In this document: in pieces, positions 1 through 11,430 of the stretch | How the letters are laid out: each line of letters begins with the position of its first letter | Numbering within the stretch: the first letter of the stretch is position 1 | Assembly: GCA_963733195.1 (NCBI GenBank) | Contig: CAVTCR010000009.1 | Span: forward strand, 120,255 to 184,254 | Direction: 5' to 3' | Length of the DNA: 64,000 nt | Source: an uncultured delta proteobacterium | Lineage (GTDB): Bacteria; Desulfobacterota; Binatia; Bin18 | Position numbers and translations under genes: made by a program | The notes under the pieces: generated by a model | The model's database searches: none | The model's input: only the letters and a program-made list of their open reading frames with translations | What the model was told of the DNA's origin: nothing

Positions 1-4
1 CGCC

Positions 5-994
5 ATGATCAAACGCTGGCCGACACAATGGGACATGGGCATGGCGACGCGTGAGGCATATGGCCATGCGTTAGCACAACTAGGAGAAGAAAACCCCAAG
101 GTCGTGGTCCTTGATGCCGACCTGTCAAAGTCGACCTACACATCTCTATTCGGCAAAAAATATCCAACTCGCTTCTTTGATGTTGGGATCGCTGAAGCCA
201 ATATGTGCGCCGTCGCCGCCGGGCTTGCCTCCGGTGGCTTCATCCCGTTCGCATCGAGTTTCGCTTCGTTTCTCTTGTGCAAAGGCTATGAACAACTGCG
301 CATTTGTTGTTCATACATGGAAATGAACGTCAACTTTGTCGGCTCGCATGGCGGCATCAGCTTGGGTGAAGACGGCCCATCACAGCAATCGATTGAAGAC
401 ATTACTCTTGCTTGTTGCCTCCCAGGTTTTACCGTAGCTATGCCTGCAGATGAGGTAGCAACGCGCGAATTGGTGCGTGCCGCCGCTGATCACTATGGGC
501 CAGTCTATCTGCGTGTGAGTCGCCCACGCGCTGCGAAAATTTATCCTGCCGGAGAGCGCTTTGCCTTTGGTCGTGCGAAGACGCTTTCAGATGGTGAGGA
601 TGTCACCGTGATCGCCAATGGACTGATGGTTGCCCTGGCCTGCCAAGCAGCGGAATTGGCGGAGCGCAAAGGGATTCATACCCGAGTGATCGATTTACAT
701 ACGGCCAAGCCACTTGATGAAGCCACTATCGAGATTGCGGCACGTGATACTGGAGCGATTGTGATTGTCGAGGAGCATCTGAGCCGACCAGGACTCGGGT
801 CACTCGTCGCTCAAGTCGTTGCCAATCGTTGTCCGGTGCCGATGGAGTTTGTCGGTCTGCCTGACAGTTTCGCTGAGTCTGGAACGCCACAAGAACTCTT
901 TCGCGCGTATGGTCTGACGGTCGAACATGTTCTCGGTGCCATCCAGCAGGTCGTTCGGCGGAAAGATAAACGGCAACCAGTCGTAGTACGCTAG
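5..994 (+). CDS. tkt: Transketolase, C-terminal (pyrimidine-binding + C-terminal) subunit
   Basis: Motifs ATREAYG, VLDADLSKST, DVGIAEANM, GEDGPSQQ, KPLD, VEEH; first gene of a PPP operon. Confidence 0.93.
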   Translation: MIKRWPTQWDMGMATREAYGHALAQLGEENPKVVVLDADLSKSTYTSLFGKKYPTRFFDVGIAEANMCAVAAGLASGGFIPFASSFASFLLCKGYEQLRICCSYMEMNVNFVGSHGGISLGEDGPSQQSIEDITLACCLPGFTVAMPADEVATRELVRAAADHYGPVYLRVSRPRAAKIYPAGERFAFGRAKTLSDGEDVTVIANGLMVALACQAAELAERKGIHTRVIDLHTAKPLDEATIEIAARDTGAIVIVEEHLSRPGLGSLVAQVVANRCPVPMEFVGLPDSFAESGTPQELFRAYGLTVEHVLGAIQQVVRRKDKRQPVVVR

Positions 995-1005
995 GAGGAG
1001 CGACG

Positions 1006-3900
1006 ATGGCAAATCAATTACTCGACCTGCGTCAGTATGGCCAAAGTGTGTGGTATGACTTCATCAGTCGCCAGCTCCTCGCGTCGGGAGAGTTGCTGCG
1101 CATCATCACCCGTGATGGGGTTGCAGGGGTCACCTCCAACCCAACCATTCTTGAGCAGGCAATCAACAAAACCGATGCCTACGACGAAGAAATTGCCATC
1201 CTCGCCCGGCACGGTTTGTCTGCCGAAGACATCTACACCCGCATCGCCGTGCAAGATATCACCGAAGCTGCAGATATTTTGCAGACTGTGTATGCAGCGA
1301 CCAACGGTGGCGATGGTTATGTCAGCCTCGAAGTCTCTCCACGTCTGGCGGATGACACCGAGGGCACCATCGTAGAAGCGCATCGCTTGTGGCAACAGCT
1401 CAAGCGCGACAATGTAATGATTAAAGTCCCTGGTACGCCAGCCGGGTTTAGCGCCGTGCGGAGGCTCATCGGTGACGGCATCAATGTGAACATCACCTTG
1501 CTTTTCTCGCTCGCAGATTATGAGGCTGCCGCACGGGCGTATATCGCTGGGATTTCCGATCGGCTCAATAACGGTGGTGATGTGAGTCGTGTTGCATCAG
1601 TCGCCAGCGTCTTCGTCAGTCGTATTGATACCCTGGCTGACAAAGTGCTTGATCAAACATTGTCGGCAACCCGTGACGGCGAAGCCCGACAAGCAATCGA
1701 CAACTTGAAAGGGAAAGCTGCCGTTGCCAACGCCAAGCTGGTCTACCAGTGTTTCAAAATCCTCTTCTCCAGTAGTGAATGGAAAACCTTAGAGGAACAC
1801 GGAGCGCGTCGTCAGCGCCCGCTGTGGGCATCGACTGGAACCAAAAATCCTAAGTACAGTGATGTCCTCTATATCGAAGAGTTGGTCGGTCCAGATACGG
1901 TGAACACTGTTCCTCCCGGTGCACTCGCAGCGTTTCGTGATCACGGGCGAGCGCGCCCAACGATCGAGTTGAACAGCGTAGAAGCTCAGAACACATTTGA
2001 TCGCCTTGGATCGCTTGGGATCGATATGCCCAAACTCTGTGGGCAGCTCAAAGAAGAAGGACTGCAAGCGTTCGCTGATTCGTTTGACACACTCCTCTTA
2101 GGTGTGGATACCAAGCGCAAAGCCGCACTCCTGAAGGGACGCTATCAGATTGCTGGGGCCAAGCTGGGCGAGGCCCTCGACCGCTACAACATCGAGCTTC
2201 AACTGCAAGACTATGTCGAAGGAATGTGGAGTAAACGAGCTGATCTCTGGTCAGATGATCCCGCCGAGCAGAAGCGCGTAGCCAACCGTCTTGGATGGCT
2301 AGAATCACCCGAAGTGATGGCGAAAGCGCTTCCGCGACTGAAACGTTTTGCTGCAACTGTCCGTCGGGACGGAATCAAGCACGTCGTTTTGCTTGGCATG
2401 GGCGGCTCAAGTCTTGCGCCAGAAGTGATGCGGGCGATTCTTGGCGTCCAGTCTGGAGCACCAACGTTCACGATGCTTGACTCCACCGATCCTGGGACAA
2501 TCAAAGCAGTTGCCGATCGCGTATCGTTGAAAGACACACTCTTTATCATCGCCAGCAAGTCAGGCACGACGATTGAACCCAACGCGCTTTCGTCTTACTT
2601 CTGTCAGCTTCTGAAAAACGCTGGGGTCACTAACCCCACACGTCATCTCGTCGCCATTACCGACGAAGGCACGGCGCTACACGAATTAGCCCAACACGAT
2701 CATTATCGCGAAGTCTTCGTGAACCCGTCTGACATTGGCGGCCGTTACTCTGCCCTCTCTTTCTTCGGGCTTGTGCCCGCAGCCCTCATGGGCATCGATA
2801 TCGTCGACTTACTCGCCTGGGGACGTGGGATGGCGTTGCTGTGTGGTCCGACAAACGCCATCGCCCAGAATCCTGGAGTCGCTTTAGGGATCGCTATGGG
2901 TGCAGCAGCTCGCACTGGTCGAGACAAGCTCACCCTTGTCACTGGCCCACGCCTACGTTCGTTTGGCTTGTGGATTGAGCAACTCATTGCCGAATCCACG
3001 GGGAAGAAAGGGACAGGGATCGTCCCGATCGTCGGCGAACCACTCGGGCTGCCAGAGGTATACGGCGATGACCGACTGTTTGTCCGCCTCCGATTGCATG
3101 GGGGCGACCCGGAAGAACACGATCGGGACGGCAAGATGGAGCAGCTTCGCGCCGCGGGGTTTCCGATCATCACTATCAGTTTACAATCTCCTACTGCAAT
3201 CGGTGCCGAGTTCGTGCGCTGGGAAATCGCAACTGCGACGGCTGGCGCTATTCTCGATATTAATCCATTCGATGAGCCCAACGTACAGCAAGCAAAGGAT
3301 GCAACGAAGGCACTGCTCCAACGGTTTACATCTGAAGGACATCTTCCTATTCCTGCAGCGCAGGTGCAAATCCATGGCACCTCGTTGACCTGTGATCGTG
3401 CCAGTTGGGACAAGATTCAAGCGCGCGGCAGTGATGTATCCCGTCCGCTGAGTGCGCTTGCAGAGTTCCTACGCACTGTGGAGAAAGGCGATTACCTTGG
3501 ACTGCTCGCCTATCTCCCGATCAACGACGCTATTGAGGCATCGCTGCAGCGCGTACGCGCCCAGCTCCGTGATCGTTGTCGGGTGGCAACGATGTTCGGG
3601 TATGGCCCACGGTATCTCCACTCTACAGGGCAGTTACACAAAGGCGGTCCAAACAGTGGTGTGTTTATAATGCTCACCGCAACACCACAGGAAGATCTGG
3701 TCATTCCTGGTGAGCAATTTTCCTTTGGTACGCTAGAACTGGCACAAGCGTTAGGCGACTTTGCCTCACTTGAGGCGACTGGACGCCGCGTCGTACGTTT
3801 GCATCTGGACTCGCCGGAACCAGGGCATGTCGAACGTGTATGTGATTTGATTGCAGGAGCAGCAACCATAAAAAATGAAGAATGCATGAATGATGAATGA
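1006..3900 (+). CDS. tal-pgi: Bifunctional transaldolase / glucose-6-phosphate isomerase
   Basis: N-half GVTSNPTI, NVMIKVPGT, INVNITLLFS, RPLWASTGTKNP; C-half GMGGSSL, ASKSGTTIE, DIGGRYSALS, NPFDEPNV; RBS AGGAGGAG. Confidence 0.95.
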   Translation: MANQLLDLRQYGQSVWYDFISRQLLASGELLRIITRDGVAGVTSNPTILEQAINKTDAYDEEIAILARHGLSAEDIYTRIAVQDITEAADILQTVYAATNGGDGYVSLEVSPRLADDTEGTIVEAHRLWQQLKRDNVMIKVPGTPAGFSAVRRLIGDGINVNITLLFSLADYEAAARAYIAGISDRLNNGGDVSRVASVASVFVSRIDTLADKVLDQTLSATRDGEARQAIDNLKGKAAVANAKLVYQCFKILFSSSEWKTLEEHGARRQRPLWASTGTKNPKYSDVLYIEELVGPDTVNTVPPGALAAFRDHGRARPTIELNSVEAQNTFDRLGSLGIDMPKLCGQLKEEGLQAFADSFDTLLLGVDTKRKAALLKGRYQIAGAKLGEALDRYNIELQLQDYVEGMWSKRADLWSDDPAEQKRVANRLGWLESPEVMAKALPRLKRFAATVRRDGIKHVVLLGMGGSSLAPEVMRAILGVQSGAPTFTMLDSTDPGTIKAVADRVSLKDTLFIIASKSGTTIEPNALSSYFCQLLKNAGVTNPTRHLVAITDEGTALHELAQHDHYREVFVNPSDIGGRYSALSFFGLVPAALMGIDIVDLLAWGRGMALLCGPTNAIAQNPGVALGIAMGAAARTGRDKLTLVTGPRLRSFGLWIEQLIAESTGKKGTGIVPIVGEPLGLPEVYGDDRLFVRLRLHGGDPEEHDRDGKMEQLRAAGFPIITISLQSPTAIGAEFVRWEIATATAGAILDINPFDEPNVQQAKDATKALLQRFTSEGHLPIPAAQVQIHGTSLTCDRASWDKIQARGSDVSRPLSALAEFLRTVEKGDYLGLLAYLPINDAIEASLQRVRAQLRDRCRVATMFGYGPRYLHSTGQLHKGGPNSGVFIMLTATPQEDLVIPGEQFSFGTLELAQALGDFASLEATGRRVVRLHLDSPEPGHVERVCDLIAGAATIKNEECMNDE

Positions 3901-4017
3901 TGAATGAGAGAAGAGAGAACGAAGACATCAGAGCTAAAAGGTCTCTCATCCCCACAGCCTATAGCCTGAAGCCTTCAGCCTCATCTTCATCATTCATCAT
4001 TCTACATTTTGCATTTC
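3872..4017. repeat. Heptamer tandem-repeat inverted element (ATGAATG)n ... (CATTCAT)n with internal (nAGCCTn) heptamers
   Basis: atgaatgatgaatgatgaatg at the tal-pgi 3' end; complementary ttcatcattcatcattc before the gnd RBS. Confidence 0.6.
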
Positions 4018-4033
4018 TTAGAGGAGGCATAGT

Positions 4034-4930
4034 ATGCAACTAGGATTTAGTGGTTTAGGTCGTATGGGTGGAAACATGGTCCGGCGTTTACTGCAAGGTG
4101 GGCATCAGATTGTCGCCTACAACCGTAGTCCGGAACCGACCCGCGAAGTTGAGAAACTTGGGGCAACTGCCACCTACTCACTCGAAGAGCTGGTCAAAAA
4201 GCTCCCTGCCCCTCGCACTGTGTGGGTGATGGTTCCCTCAGGAAAGCCAACGGCTGAAAATATTACCACTTTGTCAAATCTCCTCAGTGCCGGGGACACC
4301 ATTATTGAGGGTGGGAATTCCCACTACAAAGATGATGCCGTCAACGCAGCAATGCTCAAGAAGAAAGGTATTCACTATCTTGATGCTGGCACCAGTGGTG
4401 GCATTTGGGGTCTGAAGATCGGCTACTGTATGATGGTGGGCGGTGACCGCGAGGTGTTTACAAAACACGAGCCAATTTTCAAAACCCTCGCTCCTGAGAA
4501 CGGCTATGGCTACATGGGCGGGCACGGTGCTGGACATTACGTCAAAATGATCCATAACGGCATCGAATACGGCATGATGCAAGCGTATGCTGAGGGGTTC
4601 GAGCTGATGCAGAAAAGTGATTTCAAACTCGATCTGCCTGCCATTGCCAACCTGTGGATGCAAGGAAGCGTCGTACGCTCGTGGCTGTTAGACCTTGCAG
4701 CGAGCGCATTAAGTAAAGACCCGCAACTCGCTCGTATTCAAGGATACGTAGAAGACTCGGGGGAAGGTCGTTGGACGATTCTCGATGCGATCGAGAAAGA
4801 TGTCCCGGCTCCGGTAATCACACAGTCGTTATATACGCGTTTCCGCTCGCGCCAATCTGAATCCTTTGGTGAGAAAGTGCTCGCCGCGTTGCGGAATGAA
4901 TTTGGTGGACATGCGGTGAAGGCGAAGTAA
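4034..4930 (+). CDS. gnd: 6-phosphogluconate dehydrogenase, decarboxylating (short YqeC/GntZ type)
   Basis: GLGRMG, DAGTSGG, GHYVKMIHNGIEYG, DSGEGRW, LRNEFGGH. Confidence 0.95.
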   Translation: MQLGFSGLGRMGGNMVRRLLQGGHQIVAYNRSPEPTREVEKLGATATYSLEELVKKLPAPRTVWVMVPSGKPTAENITTLSNLLSAGDTIIEGGNSHYKDDAVNAAMLKKKGIHYLDAGTSGGIWGLKIGYCMMVGGDREVFTKHEPIFKTLAPENGYGYMGGHGAGHYVKMIHNGIEYGMMQAYAEGFELMQKSDFKLDLPAIANLWMQGSVVRSWLLDLAASALSKDPQLARIQGYVEDSGEGRWTILDAIEKDVPAPVITQSLYTRFRSRQSESFGEKVLAALRNEFGGHAVKAK

Positions 4931-4968
4931 CTCGGACTTTCCGCCCGGCCATAAAGTGACTTTGTTGC

Positions 4969-5079
4969 TAAATCCCCCGAGCCCCCTTTTTCTAAGGAGG
5001 GAATCTGAACGCCCCATTTGGCAAAACCTGTCCTGAGCTTTGTCGAAGGAGGGGCCGCGCGGCGCGCGGGGGGATTTGA
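4969..5079. repeat. REP-like palindromic intergenic repeat with a nested second REP
   Basis: AAATCCCCC...GGGGGATTT termini, internal CCCCCTTTTT/AAGGAGGG hairpin, embedded CCTGTCCTGAGCTTTGTCGAAGG. Confidence 0.6.
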
Positions 5080-5152
5080 GCCGTAATGGTAAGGCACCGG
5101 GGCTTGCAACAGTGTCGTTGCTCGCTGGGAAAAGCGAATCAGAGGATACACT

Positions 5153-6754
5153 ATGGATAGTGCAGGTGAAGTCAAAACTTCCGTTGCCGGTAATCGTGGA
5201 ACAGGAACCGACGTAAGTGACGAATTCTTCCGCGCAAAAGATCCAGTCACAGTTGTGATCTTTGGTGCCTCCGGCGATCTCAGTAAGCGCAAGCTCATCC
5301 CAGCGCTCTATCAACTGCAAATGGCCGGCTATCTACCGGATCGGTATGCCGTTGTGGGGTTCTCGCGCACACCAATGAGCGACGAGGTGTACCGCGAAAG
5401 CATGCGCGCAGTCTTGCAAGAACAACTCGCAAGCGAAGGTCATACAGTGACCGCCGATAATCAGCTTGTGCAAGCCTTGCACTACCACGCTGGGAATAAC
5501 GATGACCTTACCTCGTTCAAAACTCTGAAAGAGAAACTTGAACAACTGGACCGTGAGCGCAATCTCCCAGGAAACAGATTGTTCTACCTGTCCGTCGCAC
5601 CCGAATTCTTCACTGTTATCATCCAGAATCTCTGTAGCGCAGGATTAATTTGCGGACGCCAAGAGAAGACCTGGTCTCGGGTTATTATCGAAAAGCCTTT
5701 TGGGAGGGACCTCACCAGCGCACGGCAACTGAATAATGATGTCACGAGCCTCCTTGATGAGAGCCAAATCTACCGTATCGATCACTATCTCGGAAAAGAA
5801 ACCGTCCAGAATATTTTGAGCTTCCGTTTTGGTAACTCAATCTTTGAACCACTGTTCAACCAAAAATACGTCGATAACGTACAGATCACTGTCGCTGAAA
5901 CCCTCGGCATGGAAGGACGACGGGGTGCCTATTACGACACCGCCGGGGCGATGCGTGACATCGTGCAGAATCACATGCTCCAGTTGCTGTGCTTGATCGC
6001 GATGGAACCACCGGCAGCACTAGAAGCTCAGGCAATTCGCGACGAGAAGGTAAAAGTGTTGCGCGCAGTCTTACCGCTCTCGCGTGAAGAAGTTGCAGCC
6101 AGCACTGTACGCGGGCAGTACGGCGTGGGAGAAATTAATGGCACGATTGTCAAAGGCTACCGCCAAGAAGAAGGGGTGAATCCCAAGTCGATCACCGAAA
6201 CCTATGTCGCTATGCGTCTTAAGATCGACAATTGGCGTTGGGCTGGTGTGCCGTTCTTTTTGCGTACCGGCAAGCGGTTGAGGAAGCGGGTCTCTGAAAT
6301 TGCCGTGGAGTTTAAGCAACCGCCGCTCCATTTGTTTGGGCAGTTAGAACATCATGACGACAGTGAGCCTCCTCGTCCCAAATCTAATATCCTCGTCATG
6401 CGCATTCAGCCGGATGAAGGCATTAATCTGTCGTTTGCCTGTAAGCAGCCGGGCATGCGGGTGCATCTTAAAGATGTTCAGATGGATTTCTTTTACGGCG
6501 AAGCGTTTCAACAACGTTCACCGGAAGCGTACGAGCGACTGTTGCTCGACGCGTTACGTGGTGATGCCTCGCTATTCACCCGCTCAGATGAAGTTGAGTA
6601 TGCATGGCGGTTTATCTCGTCGATTCATGAAGGCTGGGCGAACCTGCCATCACCAACCTTTCCCAATTACTATCCATTCACCGACGGCCCGGATGATGCG
6701 CAACGGCTCCTCGAAGGAACGCAAGCGCAGTGGCGATCAGTGAGCGATATGTAA
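5153..6754 (+). CDS. zwf: Glucose-6-phosphate 1-dehydrogenase
   Basis: GASGDLSKRKLIP, IIEKPFG, RIDHYLGKETVQN, RWAGVPFFLRTGKR. Confidence 0.97.
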   Translation: MDSAGEVKTSVAGNRGTGTDVSDEFFRAKDPVTVVIFGASGDLSKRKLIPALYQLQMAGYLPDRYAVVGFSRTPMSDEVYRESMRAVLQEQLASEGHTVTADNQLVQALHYHAGNNDDLTSFKTLKEKLEQLDRERNLPGNRLFYLSVAPEFFTVIIQNLCSAGLICGRQEKTWSRVIIEKPFGRDLTSARQLNNDVTSLLDESQIYRIDHYLGKETVQNILSFRFGNSIFEPLFNQKYVDNVQITVAETLGMEGRRGAYYDTAGAMRDIVQNHMLQLLCLIAMEPPAALEAQAIRDEKVKVLRAVLPLSREEVAASTVRGQYGVGEINGTIVKGYRQEEGVNPKSITETYVAMRLKIDNWRWAGVPFFLRTGKRLRKRVSEIAVEFKQPPLHLFGQLEHHDDSEPPRPKSNILVMRIQPDEGINLSFACKQPGMRVHLKDVQMDFFYGEAFQQRSPEAYERLLLDALRGDASLFTRSDEVEYAWRFISSIHEGWANLPSPTFPNYYPFTDGPDDAQRLLEGTQAQWRSVSDM

Positions 6755-6787
6755 GTCACCCATAGTGATAAATAATGCGGGACGCCT

Positions 6788-7777
6788 ATGATACAATATA
6801 TTTTGGCCGGTGATATCGGCGGTACCAAAACCAATCTCGCACTTTACGTGGTCGAGCGCTCTACCCATGTCACGCTCCTGCGAGAGTCCTCCTTCGCTAG
6901 CAAGCAATATGATGGGCTGGAAACCGTGATCCGAGAGTTTCTCCAGTCTGATCATGAACAGGTGTCCGCCGCCGCTTTTGGCATCGCGGGACCGGTCCTC
7001 GACGGTGTAGTCCTTGCCACCAACCTGCCGTGGAAAGTCGAGATTGATAGCATCGCCAGTGTCCTCGGGTGTTCGCAGATTCGGATCATGAACGATCTGG
7101 AAACAACGGCCTACGGTTCGCTATTCTTGCTACCGCATGAGATTCAGGTCCTCCAGGAGGGAAAAACGCGCTACGGCCATCGGGTCGTCGTCGCCGCTGG
7201 CACTGGCCTTGGACAAGCATTTTTGATTTGGGATGGCGCCCGCTACCGGCCCGTCGCTACAGAAGGGGGGCATGCCGATTTTGCTCCGACCAACGAAAAA
7301 GAGATTGAACTGTTGCAGTTTCTCAAACGCAAATATCCGCGCGTCTCTTACGAGCGTGTCCTCTCTGGTCCTGGGCTTGTCAACATCTTCAATTTTCTCG
7401 ACCAACATCTGCATCGACCCGTGGCTCCGATCGTTCGCCAACGGATCGTCAATGAAGATCCAGCCGCAGTGATCGGACAAGCGGGTACCGAAGATCTGTG
7501 CCCCACTTGCACTGAAGCCGTAGATATTTTTCTCAGTCTTTATGGCGCCCAGGCTGGCAATCTTGCCCTTGCAATCATGGGGCTGGGCGGTGTGTATATC
7601 GGTGGTGGGATCATTGTGAAAATGTTGCCAAAAGTCACTTCTAGTGCGTTCATGAACAGTTACCTCGCCAAAGGACGCTACACTCAGTTTATGGCCGATA
7701 TTCCTGTTCGCATTATTCTGAACGCCAAGACCTCGCAATTTGGCGCAGCCCACGCGGCTCGTGAATTATTGGCTTAG
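6788..7777 (+). CDS. glk: Glucokinase
   Basis: [46 protein letters not shown]. Confidence 0.95.
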   Translation: MIQYILAGDIGGTKTNLALYVVERSTHVTLLRESSFASKQYDGLETVIREFLQSDHEQVSAAAFGIAGPVLDGVVLATNLPWKVEIDSIASVLGCSQIRIMNDLETTAYGSLFLLPHEIQVLQEGKTRYGHRVVVAAGTGLGQAFLIWDGARYRPVATEGGHADFAPTNEKEIELLQFLKRKYPRVSYERVLSGPGLVNIFNFLDQHLHRPVAPIVRQRIVNEDPAAVIGQAGTEDLCPTCTEAVDIFLSLYGAQAGNLALAIMGLGGVYIGGGIIVKMLPKVTSSAFMNSYLAKGRYTQFMADIPVRIILNAKTSQFGAAHAARELLA

Positions 7778-7803
7778 CAAGAACAAAAACGGAACCGACC
7801 CTC

Positions 7804-10515
7804 ATGCCAAAGCGAGCGAAAGCAACTCGACGGACACCCACTGCAGAAGCCAAACGGCTCGCTGAGGATGCACATGGTAAAACTGCCTGGAAACGTTGGG
7901 GTCCCTACGTGAGCGAACGCGCCTGGGGGACCGTGCGTGAAGATTATAGTCCGCATGGAACCGCGTGGGATTATTTTCCCCACGATCATGCACGCTCGCG
8001 GGCCTATCGCTGGGGCGAAGATGGTCTCGCCGGAATTTGTGATCGCTATCAACTGCTGGTGTTCGCTGTCGCGTTGTGGAATGGACATGACCCGATTTTG
8101 AAAGAACGTGCGTTTGGCCTCGTTCCTAGCGAAGGAAATCATGGTGAGGATGTTAAAGAATACTTCTTCTATCTTGATTCTACGCCGACGCATTCATACA
8201 TGAAGTATCTCTACAAGTATCCGCAGGCCGCATATCCGTATGTGCAACTAATCGAGGAGAATCGCCGACGACAAGGAAACGGTGAGCCTGAATACGAATT
8301 CCTTGATACCGGGATATTCGACGACAACCGCTATTTCGATGTTTTTGTTGAGTACGCCAAAGCTGGTCCAGAAGATCTCTGCATTCGTATCGAGGTCTGC
8401 AACCGTGGCCCGGAAGCCGCACCGATTCATATTCTTCCTCACCTCTGGTTTCGTAACCGCTGGGCGTGGGAGGCAAATGCCACACCCGAACCATCCATCC
8501 AGGTTGGTCCTCAGGGCAAGGGTTTTCTCAGCCTCACTGCTGACGATTCTCTCGCTGAGCCACTGACGAACTTGTTGTCTCCTTACCACCTTGGATCACG
8601 GTATTTGTACGGTGATGCCGGAGCGCAGCTCCTCTTTACTAATAATGAGACTCACGCCGAACGCGTCTGGGGACCATGGGCACAATCACGCAGTCCGTAT
8701 GTCAAAGATGCCTTTCATCGCCATATCATCAATGGTGAAGAATGCGTGAACCCGAAACAGACCGGTACCAAAGCCTGCTTTCATTATGCCGAGGTAACAG
8801 TCCCGGCCCATGATTCTGTCGTTATCCGCTTACGCTTGACTGACAAGAAACTTACCAATCCGCTTACCGATGTGGACACCACCGTCAGCAAACGACGAGA
8901 GGAAGCAGATGCATTTTACACCTCGATTCACCCACCAAACGCAAGCGAGGACGAACGCCAGGTTCAACGCCAAGCGCTCGCTGGCATGTTATGGAACAAG
9001 CAAAGCTATTTGTATGATGTCAACGTCTGGCTGCACGGTGACAATCCCCACTGGCCACCACCAGAGTCGCGCCACCACGCCCGCAATACCCATTGGCGGC
9101 ATCTGAATTCGCAGCGCATCTTGTCAGTGCCAGACAAATGGGAATTCCCGTGGTTTGCTGCCTGGGATCTCGCGTTTCATTGCATTACCCTTGCTTTAGT
9201 CGACCCCGTCTTCGCTAAAGAGCAGCTCTGGCTATTACTCTTCGAGCAGTTTCAACACCCGAACGGTCAAATTCCCGCCTATGAGTGGGAATTCTCGGAT
9301 TTGAATCCTCCAGTCCAAGCATGGGCTATATGGCGTGTGTACAACATGGACCGTCAGCGCTCCGGCACCGCCGATCGTCAGTTCCTTGAGCAGTGTTTTC
9401 ACAAACTGTTACTCAACTTTACGTGGTGGGTCAATAAAGTTGACAGCGAAGGAAACAATGTCTTTGAAGGTGGTTTTCTCGGCTTAGACAATATCACCGT
9501 GATCGACCGTAGTCATGAGAAACCACATGGTGCCAAGCTCGAGCAGTCTGACGCGACGGGTTGGATGGGGATGTTCTGTCTCAACATGATGCGCATTGCA
9601 CTGGAGCTCGCCAAAGAAAACAAAGTGTACGAGGCGTTAGCAACGAAATTTTTTGAACACTACGTCTACATTGGCGCGGCAATGAAGAAGATGGGAAACC
9701 GTGACTACCAGCTCTGGGATGAAACAGACGGGTTCTTTTACGATGTCTTGCGTTATCCGAACGGTGAGTTTCACAAGTTTCGCCTACGTTCCCTAGTCGG
9801 GTTGATTCCCTTATATGCGATTGAACGTCTCGAAGAAGAATGGATCGCACCATTTGCAGAGTTTCGCGCCAACCTGCACTGGTTTTTACGTAACCGACAA
9901 GATTTGGTGCAGCAGTGTGTCACCACCCTCACGCACGATGGTCAGCAGGTGCACGTCCTCGCCATCATGGATCCCGAACAGATACGACAACTCCTGGAGC
10001 GCGTGTGGAACCCGAACGAGTTTCGTTCGCCCTACGGCGTGCGGAGCCTCTCCAGGTACCACGAACAGCATCCCTTTCTCTTCGGTAACGATGGCGTAGA
10101 GTATGAGCCTGGCGAATCCCGCGCTATGCATAAAGGTGGAAACTCCAATTGGCGTGGGCCAGTATGGCTACCCACGACCTTTCTCCTCATCGAGTCCCTT
10201 CGAAAACTGCGCAAAGCATATGGCGCCACGTTTACTATTGAGGACCCCACAGACCGTACGAACCAGGTCACACTCGATGAGTTAGCCCGTGGTCTGGCCA
10301 ATAGTCAGATCCGCTTGTTTACTCGTAATGAGCACGGGGAACGTCCGGTCCATGGTAACGCCCGGAAGTTTCATGAGGACCCCCACTGGCGCGATTGTCT
10401 GCTATTCTATGAACATTTCCATGCCGATACCGGACGTGGACTGGGTGCATCTCACCAAACTGGATGGACAGGTCTAGTCGCGTCATTGATTGATGAATGG
10501 CGACAGGACAAATAA
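7804..10515 (+). CDS. Glycoside hydrolase family 63-like (MGH1-like) glucosidase
   Basis: [57 protein letters not shown]. Confidence 0.88.
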   Translation: MPKRAKATRRTPTAEAKRLAEDAHGKTAWKRWGPYVSERAWGTVREDYSPHGTAWDYFPHDHARSRAYRWGEDGLAGICDRYQLLVFAVALWNGHDPILKERAFGLVPSEGNHGEDVKEYFFYLDSTPTHSYMKYLYKYPQAAYPYVQLIEENRRRQGNGEPEYEFLDTGIFDDNRYFDVFVEYAKAGPEDLCIRIEVCNRGPEAAPIHILPHLWFRNRWAWEANATPEPSIQVGPQGKGFLSLTADDSLAEPLTNLLSPYHLGSRYLYGDAGAQLLFTNNETHAERVWGPWAQSRSPYVKDAFHRHIINGEECVNPKQTGTKACFHYAEVTVPAHDSVVIRLRLTDKKLTNPLTDVDTTVSKRREEADAFYTSIHPPNASEDERQVQRQALAGMLWNKQSYLYDVNVWLHGDNPHWPPPESRHHARNTHWRHLNSQRILSVPDKWEFPWFAAWDLAFHCITLALVDPVFAKEQLWLLLFEQFQHPNGQIPAYEWEFSDLNPPVQAWAIWRVYNMDRQRSGTADRQFLEQCFHKLLLNFTWWVNKVDSEGNNVFEGGFLGLDNITVIDRSHEKPHGAKLEQSDATGWMGMFCLNMMRIALELAKENKVYEALATKFFEHYVYIGAAMKKMGNRDYQLWDETDGFFYDVLRYPNGEFHKFRLRSLVGLIPLYAIERLEEEWIAPFAEFRANLHWFLRNRQDLVQQCVTTLTHDGQQVHVLAIMDPEQIRQLLERVWNPNEFRSPYGVRSLSRYHEQHPFLFGNDGVEYEPGESRAMHKGGNSNWRGPVWLPTTFLLIESLRKLRKAYGATFTIEDPTDRTNQVTLDELARGLANSQIRLFTRNEHGERPVHGNARKFHEDPHWRDCLLFYEHFHADTGRGLGASHQTGWTGLVASLIDEWRQDK

Positions 10516-10628
10516 TGATGAATATGCGAGAATTTAGAGTCTTTTTTATTTGGGGTTCCCATAATTTCATCGCATCGACCTCCTGTCTAAAGAACTCTTT
10601 TTCGCCCTTTGATTTTTCTTAATAGCGT

Positions 10629-11381
10629 ATGACAAATCTTCACATCTGTCAGGATTCCCAAGATCTGTATTACCAAGCCGCGACCCTGTTCACGCGTTTG
10701 GCGAACGAAGCTATTGCAAGCCAGGGCCGCTTTACCGTTGCACTCTCTGGTGGCTCAACGCCTAAAGAAGTGTACTCTCTCCTTGCAAACCGAAACCCAC
10801 GCATGCAGCCGATTGCATGGCCATATGTCCACGTGTTTTGGGGTGACGAGCGTTGCGTGCCGCCGGTTCATATGGACAGTAACTATCGCATGGCGAATGA
10901 GGCGTTGCTGGCTCACGTCCCTATTCCACCGGAGAATGTCCACCGTATCCATGCGGATCTGTTGCCGCTCGAGGCCGCGTATAACTACGAACGGGAACTC
11001 CGTGAGACGTTCTCACTTCCGCCTGATGGCACGCCGTGTTTCGACCTCGCTCTCCTTGGTATGGGACCAGACGGGCACACGGCTTCACTCTTCCCTGGAA
11101 CTAGTGGGGTGCAGGAAGAGAATCGCCTCGTCGTCGCCCATTACGTCGAGAAGCTTGCAAGCTGGCGTGTCACACTGACCGCCAAGGTCTTCAATGCTGC
11201 GGCTCAGGTCGCATTTCTCGTTACCGGTGCGGATAAAGCGGTAACGTTGAAAGAGGTGCTTGAAGGTCCGTTTCAACCGGACCGACTTCCCTCGCAATTG
11301 ATCCGACCTGCACCGGAAAATCTCCAATGGTTTGTAGACGAAGCAGCGGCAAGTGCACTGACAAACAAAGATCGACCGTAG
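10629..11381 (+). CDS. pgl: 6-phosphogluconolactonase
   Basis: ALSGGSTP, WGDERCVP, LGMGPDGHTASLFP. Confidence 0.95.
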   Translation: MTNLHICQDSQDLYYQAATLFTRLANEAIASQGRFTVALSGGSTPKEVYSLLANRNPRMQPIAWPYVHVFWGDERCVPPVHMDSNYRMANEALLAHVPIPPENVHRIHADLLPLEAAYNYERELRETFSLPPDGTPCFDLALLGMGPDGHTASLFPGTSGVQEENRLVVAHYVEKLASWRVTLTAKVFNAAAQVAFLVTGADKAVTLKEVLEGPFQPDRLPSQLIRPAPENLQWFVDEAAASALTNKDRP

Positions 11382-11430
11382 AGACAATGCCACACAGAAA
11401 GCTCACGCATCACGCACAGATGAGGAACCC

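Noticed and set aside
4738-5320. Minus ORFs of 186 and 163 aa across the gnd-zwf gap
   Set aside because: Overlap real genes and translate REP sequence (PSTKLRTG, PSLEKGG)
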